From Chitinophagales bacterium (GTDB taxonomy: Bacteria; Bacteroidota; Bacteroidia; Chitinophagales; Chitinophagaceae), in NCBI GenBank assembly GCA_031425835.1, contig JANPKD010000028.1, positions 12,551 to 76,550 on the forward strand: DNA of 64,000 nt. Reading direction: 5' to 3'. The translations under genes were made by a program, and so were the position numbers. Shown here piece after piece: positions 21,452 through 30,588 of the stretch (position 1 is the stretch's first letter; each line of letters opens with the position of its first letter). The notes below the pieces were generated by a model that was not told where the DNA came from, ran no database searches, and was given only the letters and a program-made list of their open reading frames with translations.

Positions 21452-22591
21452 ATGCCTGCACTCTCATTTAATCTATTAAAAACCGATACCGCTACCGCCG
21501 CCCGTGCCGGAACCATTATAACCGATCATGGCAAAATTGAAACACCCATTTTTATGCCTGTGGGTACAATTGGCAGCGTAAAAGCCATATCGCAACAACA
21601 ACTGAAAACCGAGATTGACCCCCATATTATTTTAGGCAATACCTACCATTTGTACTTACGCCCTGGAATGGAAATAATGGAAGCAGCAGGCGGCTTGCAC
21701 CAATTTATGAACTGGGAAAAACCCATACTCACCGATAGTGGCGGCTACCAGGTTTTTTCATTGGCGGCCAACAGAAAAATTACCGAGGAAGGTGTGGTGT
21801 TTCAAAGCCACATCGATGGCGGCAAACATTTGTTTACCCCTGAAAGGGTGATGGATATCGAACGCAGTATTGGTGCCGACATTATGATGGCATTTGATGA
21901 ATGCCCGCCCGCCCAATCGGAATATAAATATGCACTCAACTCAATGAACTTAACGCACCGCTGGTTAGACAGGTGCATGACTCAGTTCCAAAACACACCA
22001 GATAAATATGCCCACACGCAAAATCTTTTTCCGATTGTGCAGGGAGCCATTTACCACGATTTGCGGAAAGCAAGTTGCGAATATGTTGCATCGAAAGATG
22101 CAACCGGTAATGCCATTGGTGGCCTGAGTGTTGGTGAGCCGGAACAGGTAATGTATGAGATATGCCAACTGTGTTGTCAGCATTTGCCGCAGCAAAAACC
22201 ACGATACCTTATGGGTGTTGGTACGCCGTGGAATATTTTGGAGTGCATTGCTTTGGGTGTAGATATGTTTGACTGCGTGATGCCCACCCGTAATGGCCGC
22301 AACGCCATGCTTTTTACAACGAGGGGTGTAATCAACATCGACAACAAGAAGTGGGAGAATGATTTTTCACCGATAGATGATGGCCTTGATAACGAAACCA
22401 GCAACTACTACAACAAAGCATATCTGCGTCATTTATTTAAGGCAAAAGAATTTTTAGGATTTACAATTGCATCTATTCACAATCTTGCGTTCTATTTGTG
22501 GCTGGTGAGGCAGGCGAGGAAACATATTTTGGAAGGCGATTTTTTAAGTTGGAAAAATGAAATGGTTCCCGTGTTGAAAACGAAGTTGTGA
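21452..22591 (+). CDS. tgt: tRNA-guanine transglycosylase (queuine tRNA-ribosyltransferase)
   Basis: ARAGTIITDHGKIETPIFMPVGT..., LTDSGGYQVFSL and the zinc-site region CxC..C...H context. The start is moved to the ATG at 21452, past the REP-like element. Confidence 0.93.
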   Translation: MPALSFNLLKTDTATAARAGTIITDHGKIETPIFMPVGTIGSVKAISQQQLKTEIDPHIILGNTYHLYLRPGMEIMEAAGGLHQFMNWEKPILTDSGGYQVFSLAANRKITEEGVVFQSHIDGGKHLFTPERVMDIERSIGADIMMAFDECPPAQSEYKYALNSMNLTHRWLDRCMTQFQNTPDKYAHTQNLFPIVQGAIYHDLRKASCEYVASKDATGNAIGGLSVGEPEQVMYEICQLCCQHLPQQKPRYLMGVGTPWNILECIALGVDMFDCVMPTRNGRNAMLFTTRGVINIDNKKWENDFSPIDDGLDNETSNYYNKAYLRHLFKAKEFLGFTIASIHNLAFYLWLVRQARKHILEGDFLSWKNEMVPVLKTKL

Positions 22592-22610
22592 TGGGATTGG
22601 GAGGGGAGTA

Positions 22611-22768
22611 ACTAAGCAGTAGACAGTAAAAATGAAGTAGGCACTAGGCAGTAAGCAAGTAGGCAGTATCAATAGAGTAAGCAGTAATTATAAATTAAGC
22701 AGTGTTAGTACTCAAGCCATGAATAACAACACGATAACTTGTAAACTTGTAAACTTGTGAACGTGTAA
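22611..22768. repeat. Low-complexity word-repeat spacer
   Basis: Degenerate iterations of AAGCAGT/AGGCAGT, followed by CTTGTAAACTTGTAAACTTGTGAACGTGTAA. Confidence 0.5.
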
Positions 22769-22798
22769 TCCCTCCAACCTTAAACGTTTAAAATTTTC

Positions 22799-23893
22799 AT
22801 GACCCGAATAGACCGTTACATTCTTAAAAAATTTGTCACCACGTTTTTATTTTGCATGCTCATCATGACAACGCTGGCCGTTGCTATTGACATCAGCGAA
22901 AAGACGGACAACTTTGTACAGTCGGGGCTAACCACTTCACAAATCTTCTCCGAGTATTATATCGGCTTCATTCCATTTATCTGGGGTATGCTTTTTCCGC
23001 TGTTTGTATTTATAGCCGTTATTTTTTTTACTTCTAAGATGGCTATACGGTCCGAGGTAATTGCCATACTTGCCAGCGGCACTACTTACAATCGCTGGTT
23101 GCGTCCTTATCTTATCGGCGGTATATTTTTCGCTACAATTCTTTTTTTCGCATCACGGTACGTACTACCCAAAGCCAATGCCATACGCAGCAGTTTTCAA
23201 TACAACTACATTGATAAAACACGAGCCACTTCAAGCACCGGTGCAAGTTGTTATAACTGTTATTACCGCCGGCTTGATTCGGTGACTTACATGGGCATAA
23301 GAAACTATGATACGGCCACCCGCTCCGCCAACGGTTTTTTTATGGAGAAGGTGCGGGGAAATAAAGTGTATTACAATTTAAGAGCTCAACGCATTGAGTG
23401 GGACACCATTAAAAAAAACTGGAAACTGCGAACGGTTGTGGAAAGAGACATTGACAGCATGGGTGAGCGGGTACGCCAGCGGGATACACAAAATCTAGAT
23501 CTGAAATTGCATCCTTCAGAATTGACCAAGGATGAATATTTGAAAGACAATTTAACCACACCCCAACTAGCGGCATTTATTGCTACCGAAGAACGACGGG
23601 CGGCCGAAGGGTTGAACCCATTAAAAGTAGAATTGTACCGCCGAAGTGCCACATCATTTACCGTATTGCTGCTTACCATGATTGGGGCAATAATAGCCGG
23701 AAGAAAAGTGCGTGGAGGCAGCGGTTTGCATTTGGCAATTGGTATTATCATCGCTGCGGTATTTATTGTTTCAGACAGGTTCTCAACTACGTTTTCGGTA
23801 AAAGGTGATCTGCCACCAATACTGGCAGCATGGCTCCCCAATATATTTTTTTCTTTCCTTGCCATTTGGCTTTACAAAAAGGCACCGAAGTAA
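22799..23893 (+). CDS. LptF/LptG-family (YjgP/YjgQ) permease
   Basis: MTRIDRYILKKF start, 6-TM topology with a large periplasmic loop, 364 aa. Confidence 0.8.
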   Translation: MTRIDRYILKKFVTTFLFCMLIMTTLAVAIDISEKTDNFVQSGLTTSQIFSEYYIGFIPFIWGMLFPLFVFIAVIFFTSKMAIRSEVIAILASGTTYNRWLRPYLIGGIFFATILFFASRYVLPKANAIRSSFQYNYIDKTRATSSTGASCYNCYYRRLDSVTYMGIRNYDTATRSANGFFMEKVRGNKVYYNLRAQRIEWDTIKKNWKLRTVVERDIDSMGERVRQRDTQNLDLKLHPSELTKDEYLKDNLTTPQLAAFIATEERRAAEGLNPLKVELYRRSATSFTVLLLTMIGAIIAGRKVRGGSGLHLAIGIIIAAVFIVSDRFSTTFSVKGDLPPILAAWLPNIFFSFLAIWLYKKAPK

Positions 23894-24087
23894 AACATTT
23901 CCTCATTTCAAACTCGGATCGTTTTAAAATTTGTAACTGATTCATATTTCTATCACTTGCTTACCTAATTAATTAACCAGTTACCGTATTTACATGGAAG
24001 CACTAATATTTTGCCTGTCCACCCTCATACCATAACTTTAGGCCTTTCAAAAAAGACCTTACATCTAAATAAATTAATCACAAGAAA

Positions 24088-25413
24088 ATGGGAGTTATTA
24101 AAGAAAGGTTCAAGGAAAAATCAGAAGAGGTAGCAACGGAAATAAAAAATTTATTAAAAGAGCACGGAACAAAAACAATTGGCGAAGTACAGCTGTCGCA
24201 AGTGTTCCAGGGTATGCGGGGTATTACTGGTTTGGTTACCGAAACCTCTTTGTTAGATGCACAGGAAGGCATTCGTTTCCGGGGCCACACCATACCCGAT
24301 TTACAGAAAGCATTACCAAAAGCTGAGGGAGGCTCGGAGCCATTACCCGAAGGATTATTTTATTTGATGTTGGTGGGCGATTTACCCACTGAAGACGACG
24401 TGCAACACCTTACTTCGGTATGGCAACGCCGCAGCCACGTACCCAACCACGTTTTTGCTACAATAGAAGCACTGCCAATAAGCACCCATCCCATGACGCA
24501 GTTTGTGGTAGCCGTTATGGCTCTGCAAACCGAAAGTCAGTTTGCCAAACGTTATGCTGCTGGCATGAACAAAAAAGATTATTGGGATGCCGTGTTCGAC
24601 GACTCCATGGATCTTATTGCCCGCCTGCCCCGCATCGCCTCATACATCTACCGGCGCAAGTATAAAAATGGCGAACACATACAACCCAACGGACTGCTTG
24701 ATTGGGCGGGCAATTTTGCGCACATGATGGGTTATGACGACGAAAGTTTTAAAGAACTGATGCGCCTGTACATGACTATTCACGCCGATCATGAAGGCGG
24801 AAATGTATCGGCTCATACTACGCACCTTGTGGGTTCGGCATTGAGTGACCCATACCTTAGTTACGCAGCCGGCATGAACGGCCTTGCCGGCCCACTGCAT
24901 GGCTTAGCCAACCAGGAGGTAATTAAGTGGATTTATGAAATGCGTGAAGATTTAAAAACCGATTTACCGTCGTCGGAACAAATTGCTGATTATGTAAAGA
25001 AAACCCTGGCCGAAGGAAAAGTTGTACCCGGCTACGGCCATGCAGTATTGCGTAAAACCGATCCGCGGTTTTCGGCGCAAATGGAGTTTGGCAAAAAGCA
25101 CATGCCGGCCGATCCATTGGTGCAAACCGTTTGGAACATTTACGAAACAGTACCACCCATTTTACAATCACTTGGAAAAATAAAAAACCCATGGCCAAAT
25201 GTTGATGCGCACAGTGGGGCTTTATTGGTGCATTATGGAATGGTTGAGTACGAATTTTATACCGTGCTCTTTGCTGTCAGCCGTTCACTTGGTGTATTAT
25301 CAAGTTTATGTTGGGACAGGGCATTAGGCTTCCCCTTGGAGAGACCTAAATCTGTTTCGACAGAATTAGTGAAAAAATGGCTAAAGGGCGAAGATGAAAT
25401 TTGGGGTGAGTAA
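24088..25413 (+). CDS. gltA: Citrate synthase (eukaryote-like long form)
   Basis: QGMRGITGLVTETSLLD..GIRFRG, HADHEGGNVSAHT, GPLHGLANQEV and PGYGHAVLRKTDPR catalytic motifs. Confidence 0.93.
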   Translation: MGVIKERFKEKSEEVATEIKNLLKEHGTKTIGEVQLSQVFQGMRGITGLVTETSLLDAQEGIRFRGHTIPDLQKALPKAEGGSEPLPEGLFYLMLVGDLPTEDDVQHLTSVWQRRSHVPNHVFATIEALPISTHPMTQFVVAVMALQTESQFAKRYAAGMNKKDYWDAVFDDSMDLIARLPRIASYIYRRKYKNGEHIQPNGLLDWAGNFAHMMGYDDESFKELMRLYMTIHADHEGGNVSAHTTHLVGSALSDPYLSYAAGMNGLAGPLHGLANQEVIKWIYEMREDLKTDLPSSEQIADYVKKTLAEGKVVPGYGHAVLRKTDPRFSAQMEFGKKHMPADPLVQTVWNIYETVPPILQSLGKIKNPWPNVDAHSGALLVHYGMVEYEFYTVLFAVSRSLGVLSSLCWDRALGFPLERPKSVSTELVKKWLKGEDEIWGE

Positions 25414-25415
25414 AC

Positions 25416-25445
25416 CCCTCTTAATTTCCCGGAGAGGGATTTTGC
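25416..25445 (+). terminator. Possible terminator of citrate synthase
   Basis: CCCTCT-taatttcccgg-AGAGGG followed by ATTTTG. The T-tract is weak. Confidence 0.35.
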
Positions 25446-25708
25446 AAACGCAGGGCAAAGACTTCTTTTGGGTTGCCTTCCATCATCTTAAAGATGGTGG
25501 AAAATTTCTTCTTGTAGCAGTACTACGGCAGCACAAAAGAGGGATCCGCATGCGAAACAAATACTCATAATTTGCTGGCCCTTTCAGCACAAACATCTTC
25601 TTGCAAAACTCAGAGCTACCTATTAACGCGAAGACCAGGAAGCCTTGCGAGAGTTGTCTTACAGCTGACGACTGACGCTGAGGTAATCAATGGTATCAGG
25701 GCCGGTAT

Positions 25709-26053
25709 TCAGAAAAAATTATCCAGTGATTTAAGGCTGATTGGTTTCTCCCAAATGGTAAGTCTTGCGCCGTCAAGTTCAGAGGGCATGGTAGGGCGGA
25801 AGGCACTTATAAGATGGAACTCCACATCGGGATACCGCTGGTACAATTCGGGCAGTTTATCCCAGCCCAGTCCATCGGGTAAATTATAGTCTATAAAAAG
25901 ATAGTCTGGCTTAAGTTCACCCATGCGCACCACGCCGTTGGCTAGGGTGTGAGCTATATGAACGTCGTAGTTTTTGCGAAGGAAATACGTCTTCATAAGA
26001 AGACATAGATCTACTTCGTCATCGATTATCAATACTTTTTTTCTATTTGTCAT
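25709..26053 (-). CDS. Stand-alone response-regulator receiver protein (CheY-like)
   Basis: 114 aa with KKVLIIDDE, phospho-acceptor context LFIDYNLPDG and no output domain. Confidence 0.85.
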   Translation of the reverse strand: MTNRKKVLIIDDEVDLCLLMKTYFLRKNYDVHIAHTLANGVVRMGELKPDYLFIDYNLPDGLGWDKLPELYQRYPDVEFHLISAFRPTMPSELDGARLTIWEKPISLKSLDNFF

Positions 26054-26077
26054 AATGTTTGCTGCCGCTATTCATCC

Positions 26078-26092
26078 TAAATTATCGTACCA
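26078..26092 (-). promoter_or_regulatory. Variant -24/-12-type element TGGTACG-ATAA-TTTA upstream of the receiver gene
   Basis: 24 nt upstream of the ATG at 26053. It shares the 8-mer GGTACGAT with the sites at 26198 and 36414. Confidence 0.45.
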
Positions 26093-26197
26093 ATGCCGAA
26101 ACCAATAACTGTACCGGCTAACTCCAAAATTATGATTCATCTGTAGAATTATGTACCTAACTTTCTTTTCGAAATTGATAAACAACACTGCTAAACT

Positions 26198-26212
26198 TGG
26201 TACGATTATTTA
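26198..26212 (+). promoter_or_regulatory. Variant -24/-12-type element TGGTACG-ATTA-TTTA upstream of ytxH-like gene
   Basis: 45 nt upstream of the ATG at 26258, divergent from the copy at 26078-26092. Confidence 0.45.
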
Positions 26213-26257
26213 AACAATTTAGCTACATCATTCATTTACCTTAAAAATATTAAAGCT

Positions 26258-26515
26258 ATGACAACACAATCGAAAATTATCCTTGGTTTAGTAGGCGCCG
26301 CTGCAGCGGGTGTAGTAGTAGGTCTTCTTTTAGCACCTGATAAAGGTTCTGAAACTGTGAAGAAAGTAAAAGACACAGCTGGTACCTGGGCCGAGCATCT
26401 TACCGACCTGTTTGCAAACGCAAAAGATGAGGTGAGCAACCTTACAAAGAAGGGGTCCCGCGTTGCATCCGAAGCCGGAAACAAGTACAACAATATCACA
26501 GAAAGCTATAGCTAA
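26258..26515 (+). CDS. YtxH-domain general-stress-type protein
   Basis: 85 aa. N-terminal TM LGLVGAAAAGVVVGLLLAPDKGSETVKK, followed by an amphipathic helix. Confidence 0.8.
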   Translation: MTTQSKIILGLVGAAAAGVVVGLLLAPDKGSETVKKVKDTAGTWAEHLTDLFANAKDEVSNLTKKGSRVASEAGNKYNNITESYS

Positions 26516-26520
26516 GCAAA

Positions 26521-26666
26521 AAAGAGGCTGTATCAAAAAGGGCTAGCAGGTGTGCCAAAACAATAAAGTACGGTGTTTTAAATCTCTGCTTTAAAACCTT
26601 GGGCCTGCCGCCAGCTATCACCTAGCCTGCGGTGAACCCTACCGGTTGATACAGCCTTTTTATTTT
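26521..26666 (+). other. Long closed stem enclosing a ~108-nt structured insert, followed by a T-tract (complex terminator, attenuator or palindromic element)
   Basis: AGGCTGTATCAA (26525-36) pairs perfectly with TTGATACAGCCT (26646-57), and the flanking A/T runs extend the stem. Nested stems GGCTAG..GTG/CACCTAGCC occur inside. Two inner hairpins, AAAACA/TGTTTT and GTTTTAAA/TTTAAAAC, are mutually exclusive. Confidence 0.45.
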
Positions 26667-26690
26667 CTCTCAACAAAGAAATTACACGTA

Positions 26691-27065
26691 ATGACTGAGT
26701 TTACCAAGCAGCCTCCTGAGGAAAAAATTGGCTTGTCTCAATCGGCCGCGCAACTAAAAGCAACTGCAACCGATTATGCGAAAACATACGGCAAGCTTGT
26801 AAAGGCAAAGGTTACAAGGGGTGCTTCCGATGCCGCGGCGGGTGTTGCTATTGCAGTTGCCGCATTGTTATTCACTGTATTCTTTTTCATTTTTTCATTT
26901 ACAGGTTTGGCCCTGTGGCTGGGTGGTTTGCTAGGCAGTATTGCGGCAGGCTTCTTTTGTATTGCGGGCTTCTTTTTGTTTTTGCTGATTTTAGTTTTTG
27001 CACTGCGCAGAAAAGTTATTATTCCATTTATAAGGAACACGATTATTTCAAAAGTGTATGAGTAA
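26691..27065 (+). CDS. Phage-holin-family / Holin-X-like small membrane protein
   Basis: Two TM helices (AAAGVAIAVAALLFTVFFFIFSF, LLGSIAAGFFCIAGFFLFLLILVF). It is a common partner of YtxH genes. The start is moved to the ATG at 26691 because upstream codons translate the stem at 26646-57. Confidence 0.65.
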   Translation: MTEFTKQPPEEKIGLSQSAAQLKATATDYAKTYGKLVKAKVTRGASDAAAGVAIAVAALLFTVFFFIFSFTGLALWLGGLLGSIAAGFFCIAGFFLFLLILVFALRRKVIIPFIRNTIISKVYE

Positions 27066-27456
27066 AATAAAAACTTACGACGACTTATTACAGGAGGAAG
27101 AAAAACTTTTGGCCCAACTAAAATTGGGTGAGGCAAAACTAAAAACCGATATAGCAGGCGTGCGACAACGGCTAGAGCCGTTGGGCAGGGTGATGAAAAT
27201 GGTAAATAAATTCACTACGCGAGATAAGACGGGTGGCCTTTCAACCTTCGGCCTCGATTTTAGCATAGATCTTTTAGTACGCCGCGTACTGCTTGCAAAA
27301 GCGGGATGGTTTACTAAAATACTTGTCCCCTATCTCATAAAAAATTATGGATCGCATATCATCTCCGAAAAACAAAGGGCGAGCCTTTTTACAAAGATCA
27401 ATGCTGTTTTAAGCAAAATACGCCCTAAACGAAACGTACAGGATAATTATAATTAA
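27058..27456 (+). CDS. Hypothetical protein, translationally coupled to the preceding gene
   Basis: Its ATG at 27058 overlaps the preceding stop at 27063-65 (ATGAGTAA). 132 aa with a coiled-coil-like N-terminus. I recognise no family. Confidence 0.55.
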   Translation: MSKIKTYDDLLQEEEKLLAQLKLGEAKLKTDIAGVRQRLEPLGRVMKMVNKFTTRDKTGGLSTFGLDFSIDLLVRRVLLAKAGWFTKILVPYLIKNYGSHIISEKQRASLFTKINAVLSKIRPKRNVQDNYN

Positions 27457-27568
27457 ATGGGCAACTTAGGTCATGGACAAAAGCTGATTCCCAGCACTCT
27501 TGATTTTCATTTTTTCGCACTTGCCTAATTCTTAAAAAGAAAATGAGCGTGTCCGTTCGGTATGTTTT

Positions 27569-27583
27569 TGGCTACGCTGTATC
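27569..27583 (+). promoter_or_regulatory. Variant -24/-12-type element TGGCTAC-GCTG-TATC
   Basis: 32 nt upstream of the ATG at 27616. This is the weakest member of the family. Confidence 0.25.
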
Positions 27584-27615
27584 TGATACTACATTTCTAA
27601 TCTAAATGTGCAATC

Positions 27616-27876
27616 ATGCAAAACGTAAATGATCCCCGCAAAACAAATAATAATGCAGCGCCACTACCCAGGCATGATTTACCCATGCATGCAACTGCAA
27701 AACACAATGGTGATGACGAATCACTTGAAAGTTCCTCACCCAATGATACACGCTCAGATGAAAAAGTAATAGTAAATGAACAACGTGGTAATAAAACTGT
27801 AAATGAGCCATCGCAAACCGCTCCCAATACCAGCGAGGATATCAGCAGTGATGAAGAAATTGTAAACCAGCCATAG
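27616..27876 (+). CDS. Small hydrophilic acidic protein, likely disordered
   Basis: 86 aa rich in N/D/E/S/P, followed by a clear intrinsic terminator, which supports transcription. I recognise no family. Confidence 0.45.
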   Translation: MQNVNDPRKTNNNAAPLPRHDLPMHATAKHNGDDESLESSSPNDTRSDEKVIVNEQRGNKTVNEPSQTAPNTSEDISSDEEIVNQP

Positions 27877-27950
27877 ATGGTAATAAAAACTGTTCCCGGT
27901 AGTGGTGTTTTCCAGGTGGATGTGATAAAAGAAATACCGGGACCATTAAT

Positions 27951-27980
27951 AGCGCTGCATCTGCAGCGCTATTTTTTTTT
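27951..27980 (+). terminator. Intrinsic terminator
   Basis: AGCGCTGCA-tc-TGCAGCGCT palindrome (27951-70) followed by A-T9. Confidence 0.75.
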
Positions 27981-28247
27981 AACAACCCATGCTGCCGCCT
28001 ACTAAGAAAACCACAGCAACGATGAAGTAAAATGTATGTGCCCGAGGGTTGTGCTCCGGGGGTGTAGATGCTTAGAAAATTACCTCAACGCTCGGTGTGC
28101 CAGCTGATCGAGCCTATTACAAACGCAGGTATTATGCGTATTCATTCAATAACTTTTATGGCGGAAGGCTCAAAGGCTTGTGGTACCACAGGAATAATCC
28201 TGGAATAACTCATGGACCACCTCTCGTCAGGAAATAGCTTGCCGGGT

Positions 28248-28415
28248 CTACTCAACTCTTCTAAATCCACCAACAATTAAAGTGAGTACGAAAAGTATTA
28301 AAAAAATGTAGAAGAATATTTTTGCAACTGAAGTGGTATCTGCCGCTACGCTACCAAACCCAAATATGGCTGCTATTATCGCTACAACCAGGAAAATCAA
28401 TGTCCACCGTAACAT
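28248..28415 (-). CDS. DUF1328/UPF0391-type small membrane protein (55 aa, absent from the ORF track)
   Basis: Hand translation gives MLRWTLIFLVVAIIAAIFGFGSVAADTTSVAKIFFYIFLILFVLTLIVGGFRRVE, with the stop TAG at 28250-28248. It has the two-TM architecture and the FGF motif typical of YtjA-like proteins. Confidence 0.75.
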   Translation of the reverse strand: MLRWTLIFLVVAIIAAIFGFGSVAADTTSVAKIFFYIFLILFVLTLIVGGFRRVE

Positions 28416-28457
28416 GCTGATAAAATTTATTGGTTAAAAGATGTTCTACTACTCTTT

Positions 28458-28472
28458 GAAACAATTGTACCA
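28458..28472 (-). promoter_or_regulatory. Variant -24/-12-type element TGGTACA-ATTG-TTTC upstream of the DUF1328 gene
   Basis: 42 nt upstream of the ATG at 28415. Confidence 0.4.
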
Positions 28473-29061
28473 GTTTGCTGAATGGGATGAGCAATTTTTT
28501 CATTCAACAAATTGGACCTCCATTGAGGAAAAATTTCTACCAAGAGGCAAAAAAAAACAACCTCAACAACCTACACTTGAGCGCAAAAACATGGTATGTT
28601 TTTTACACTATTATTCAAATCATTCGATACTTACGACTATTTGCTTCAGCAATTATTATTTTAAAATGAGCACATCCAGCAACAGAAATCATTCAATTTT
28701 AAAAACTGCAAGCCCCGGCAAACCCACTGTTCCATTTGGCCGCCAGCCATCTCCAGGGCAAAAAATCAATGATCCGTCGTCCTCATATCCCAAAGAGGAG
28801 CACTACCCCATCCCCTCTTTTTTAAAGTACACGATGAAAGCGTCTGAATTGGAATTGAGATCATAACTTAACCCTGGCCTGCTTGCCCACTTCAGGACGG
28901 CATCTTTGTGGAAAAAATCCTTTTCCTGTAGAGCCTTCTCCCCACTTTTCGGTGTATTTTCATAAACCTACATCCAGCTAGTCCCCGACTACCGGCCTCA
29001 TTGATAAATTTTTCCTTACTGGTAGCAAGTTCTGGCGAACTGTAGCATTAAAACCAATTTT

Positions 29062-29076
29062 TGGTTGCAGAGTTGT
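29062..29076 (+). promoter_or_regulatory. Weak sigma-54-like element TGGTTGC-AGAG-TTGT upstream of rpoN
   Basis: GG-N10-GT spacing, 29 nt upstream of the ATG at 29106. The -24 half is poor. Confidence 0.2.
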
Positions 29077-29105
29077 GTTCCATTTAAGGCCAAAATACAA
29101 GCGTC

Positions 29106-30521
29106 ATGATGAATCAACACCTTGCACAAAAACAAAGAATTAAAATTCTGCCTCAGCAAATTCAGTTACTCAATTTTTTTCATCTCAACACTCTGGAACT
29201 GGAACAACGAATTGAGCAGGAAATGGAGGACAACCCATTGTTGGAGGATCAGAACACCGAGTTTGAAGCCGACTCGGATAAGTTTAACAAGGACTCTGTT
29301 CAGGATTACCAGGATTGGGAAGAGCATGGCTACGACGATATACCCGACTACAAATTTGAGTACCAAAACTACCTGCACAACGACAAAGTACCCGAGCGGC
29401 CAATCTCGAACAGTTATGATTTTCGCCTGGCTTTAAAAGAACAGTACTGCGTAACTACAACCGAAGAGAAAGAAATTGTCTTCGCCCATTTTATAATTGA
29501 TTCGTTATCCGACGCAGGTTTGATGGAACAAAAGCTTGAAAGCCTTGCCGAAGACCTTTCGTTTAAATTGCACCGCTGGGTTGAAGAAGCCGATTTAGAG
29601 GCAATACTTTTAAAAATCCAGCAATTAGAACCTATTGGTATTGGCGCACGCAGCATTAAAGAATGCCTGTTGATACAGTTGCAACGCATGAATACAAAGC
29701 GGCCGGATGTAAAAACTGCCATTAACCTGCTCGATCAGCATTTTAATGATTTGCACAACCGCAACATGGACAAGATAAAAGCCCATTTAAACATTGATGA
29801 GGAAGAGTTGAAAATTGTTTTGCGATTGATTGCTTCACTAAAAATGCGCCCTGTTTGCGAAACGCAGGAAGGTGTGAACCAGAACATTATTCCCGATTTT
29901 ATAGTAACAAGAGTGGGCGACAATATTGAGGTGCAACTTTTTCGGCAGCGCAGCGAGGGCTTGAACATCAATACATCGTGGAAAGAAATGGCCGAGAATA
30001 ACGCCAAGGTTACTACCGATAAATCAGCCGTGCAGTACATCAAAAACAAATTGCAGTCGGCCCAGTGGTTTATACACGCAGTACAGCAAAGAGAAAGTAC
30101 TATGCTAAAAATAATGCGGTCGATTGTGGAAATGCAATTTGAATATTTTGTGACCGGGAACATTAACCTGCTTCAACCAATGATATTGAAAAACATTGCT
30201 GAAATAGTTGGGGTTGATATTTCAACCGTATCGAGAATTACCTGTAACAAGTACGCCGAAACACCTTTTGGATTAATATTGCTTAAAGATCTTTTTACCG
30301 AAGGTATCGCCAATCAAAAAGGCCAGGTCATCAGTAATAAGGTCATTCAATCGGCAATAGAAGAAGTAATAGAAACCGAAGACAAACATAATCCCTACAC
30401 CGATCAGCAACTGGTTAAAATCTTGAACCAAAAAGGATTTTCGGTTGCCCGGCGCACAGTGGCCAAATACCGCGAGCAGTTGCAAATACCGGTTTCGCAT
30501 GTCCGTGGTTTATGGGCATGA
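29106..30521 (+). CDS. rpoN: RNA polymerase sigma-54 factor
   Basis: Region I Q/L-rich start (LAQKQRIKILPQQIQLLNFF), acidic region II, core-binding region, HTH, and the RpoN box ARRTVAKYREQLQIP. Confidence 0.95.
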   Translation: MMNQHLAQKQRIKILPQQIQLLNFFHLNTLELEQRIEQEMEDNPLLEDQNTEFEADSDKFNKDSVQDYQDWEEHGYDDIPDYKFEYQNYLHNDKVPERPISNSYDFRLALKEQYCVTTTEEKEIVFAHFIIDSLSDAGLMEQKLESLAEDLSFKLHRWVEEADLEAILLKIQQLEPIGIGARSIKECLLIQLQRMNTKRPDVKTAINLLDQHFNDLHNRNMDKIKAHLNIDEEELKIVLRLIASLKMRPVCETQEGVNQNIIPDFIVTRVGDNIEVQLFRQRSEGLNINTSWKEMAENNAKVTTDKSAVQYIKNKLQSAQWFIHAVQQRESTMLKIMRSIVEMQFEYFVTGNINLLQPMILKNIAEIVGVDISTVSRITCNKYAETPFGLILLKDLFTEGIANQKGQVISNKVIQSAIEEVIETEDKHNPYTDQQLVKILNQKGFSVARRTVAKYREQLQIPVSHVRGLWA

Positions 30522-30588
30522 TCTTTAAACTAATTTTACCTTTTACAGAACTTAAAAATTCAATCGAACCTCAAAACAAATCAACTAA

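Noticed and set aside
26538-26556. A TTGGCAC on the minus strand (complement of GTGCCAA), and a second TGGCAC at 28085-28095, could be promoters.
   Set aside because: The -12 GC is not at N10 (the spacings are N8 or less). Both point away from any plausible downstream gene.
28441-28866. A 141-aa plus-strand ORF upstream of rpoN.
   Set aside because: Its composition is low-complexity and codon-poor, with stop-rich neighbouring frames. Its 5-prime end overlaps the predicted DUF1328 promoter, and it has no family features. A shorter internal ORF (MSTSSNRNHS...) cannot be excluded.
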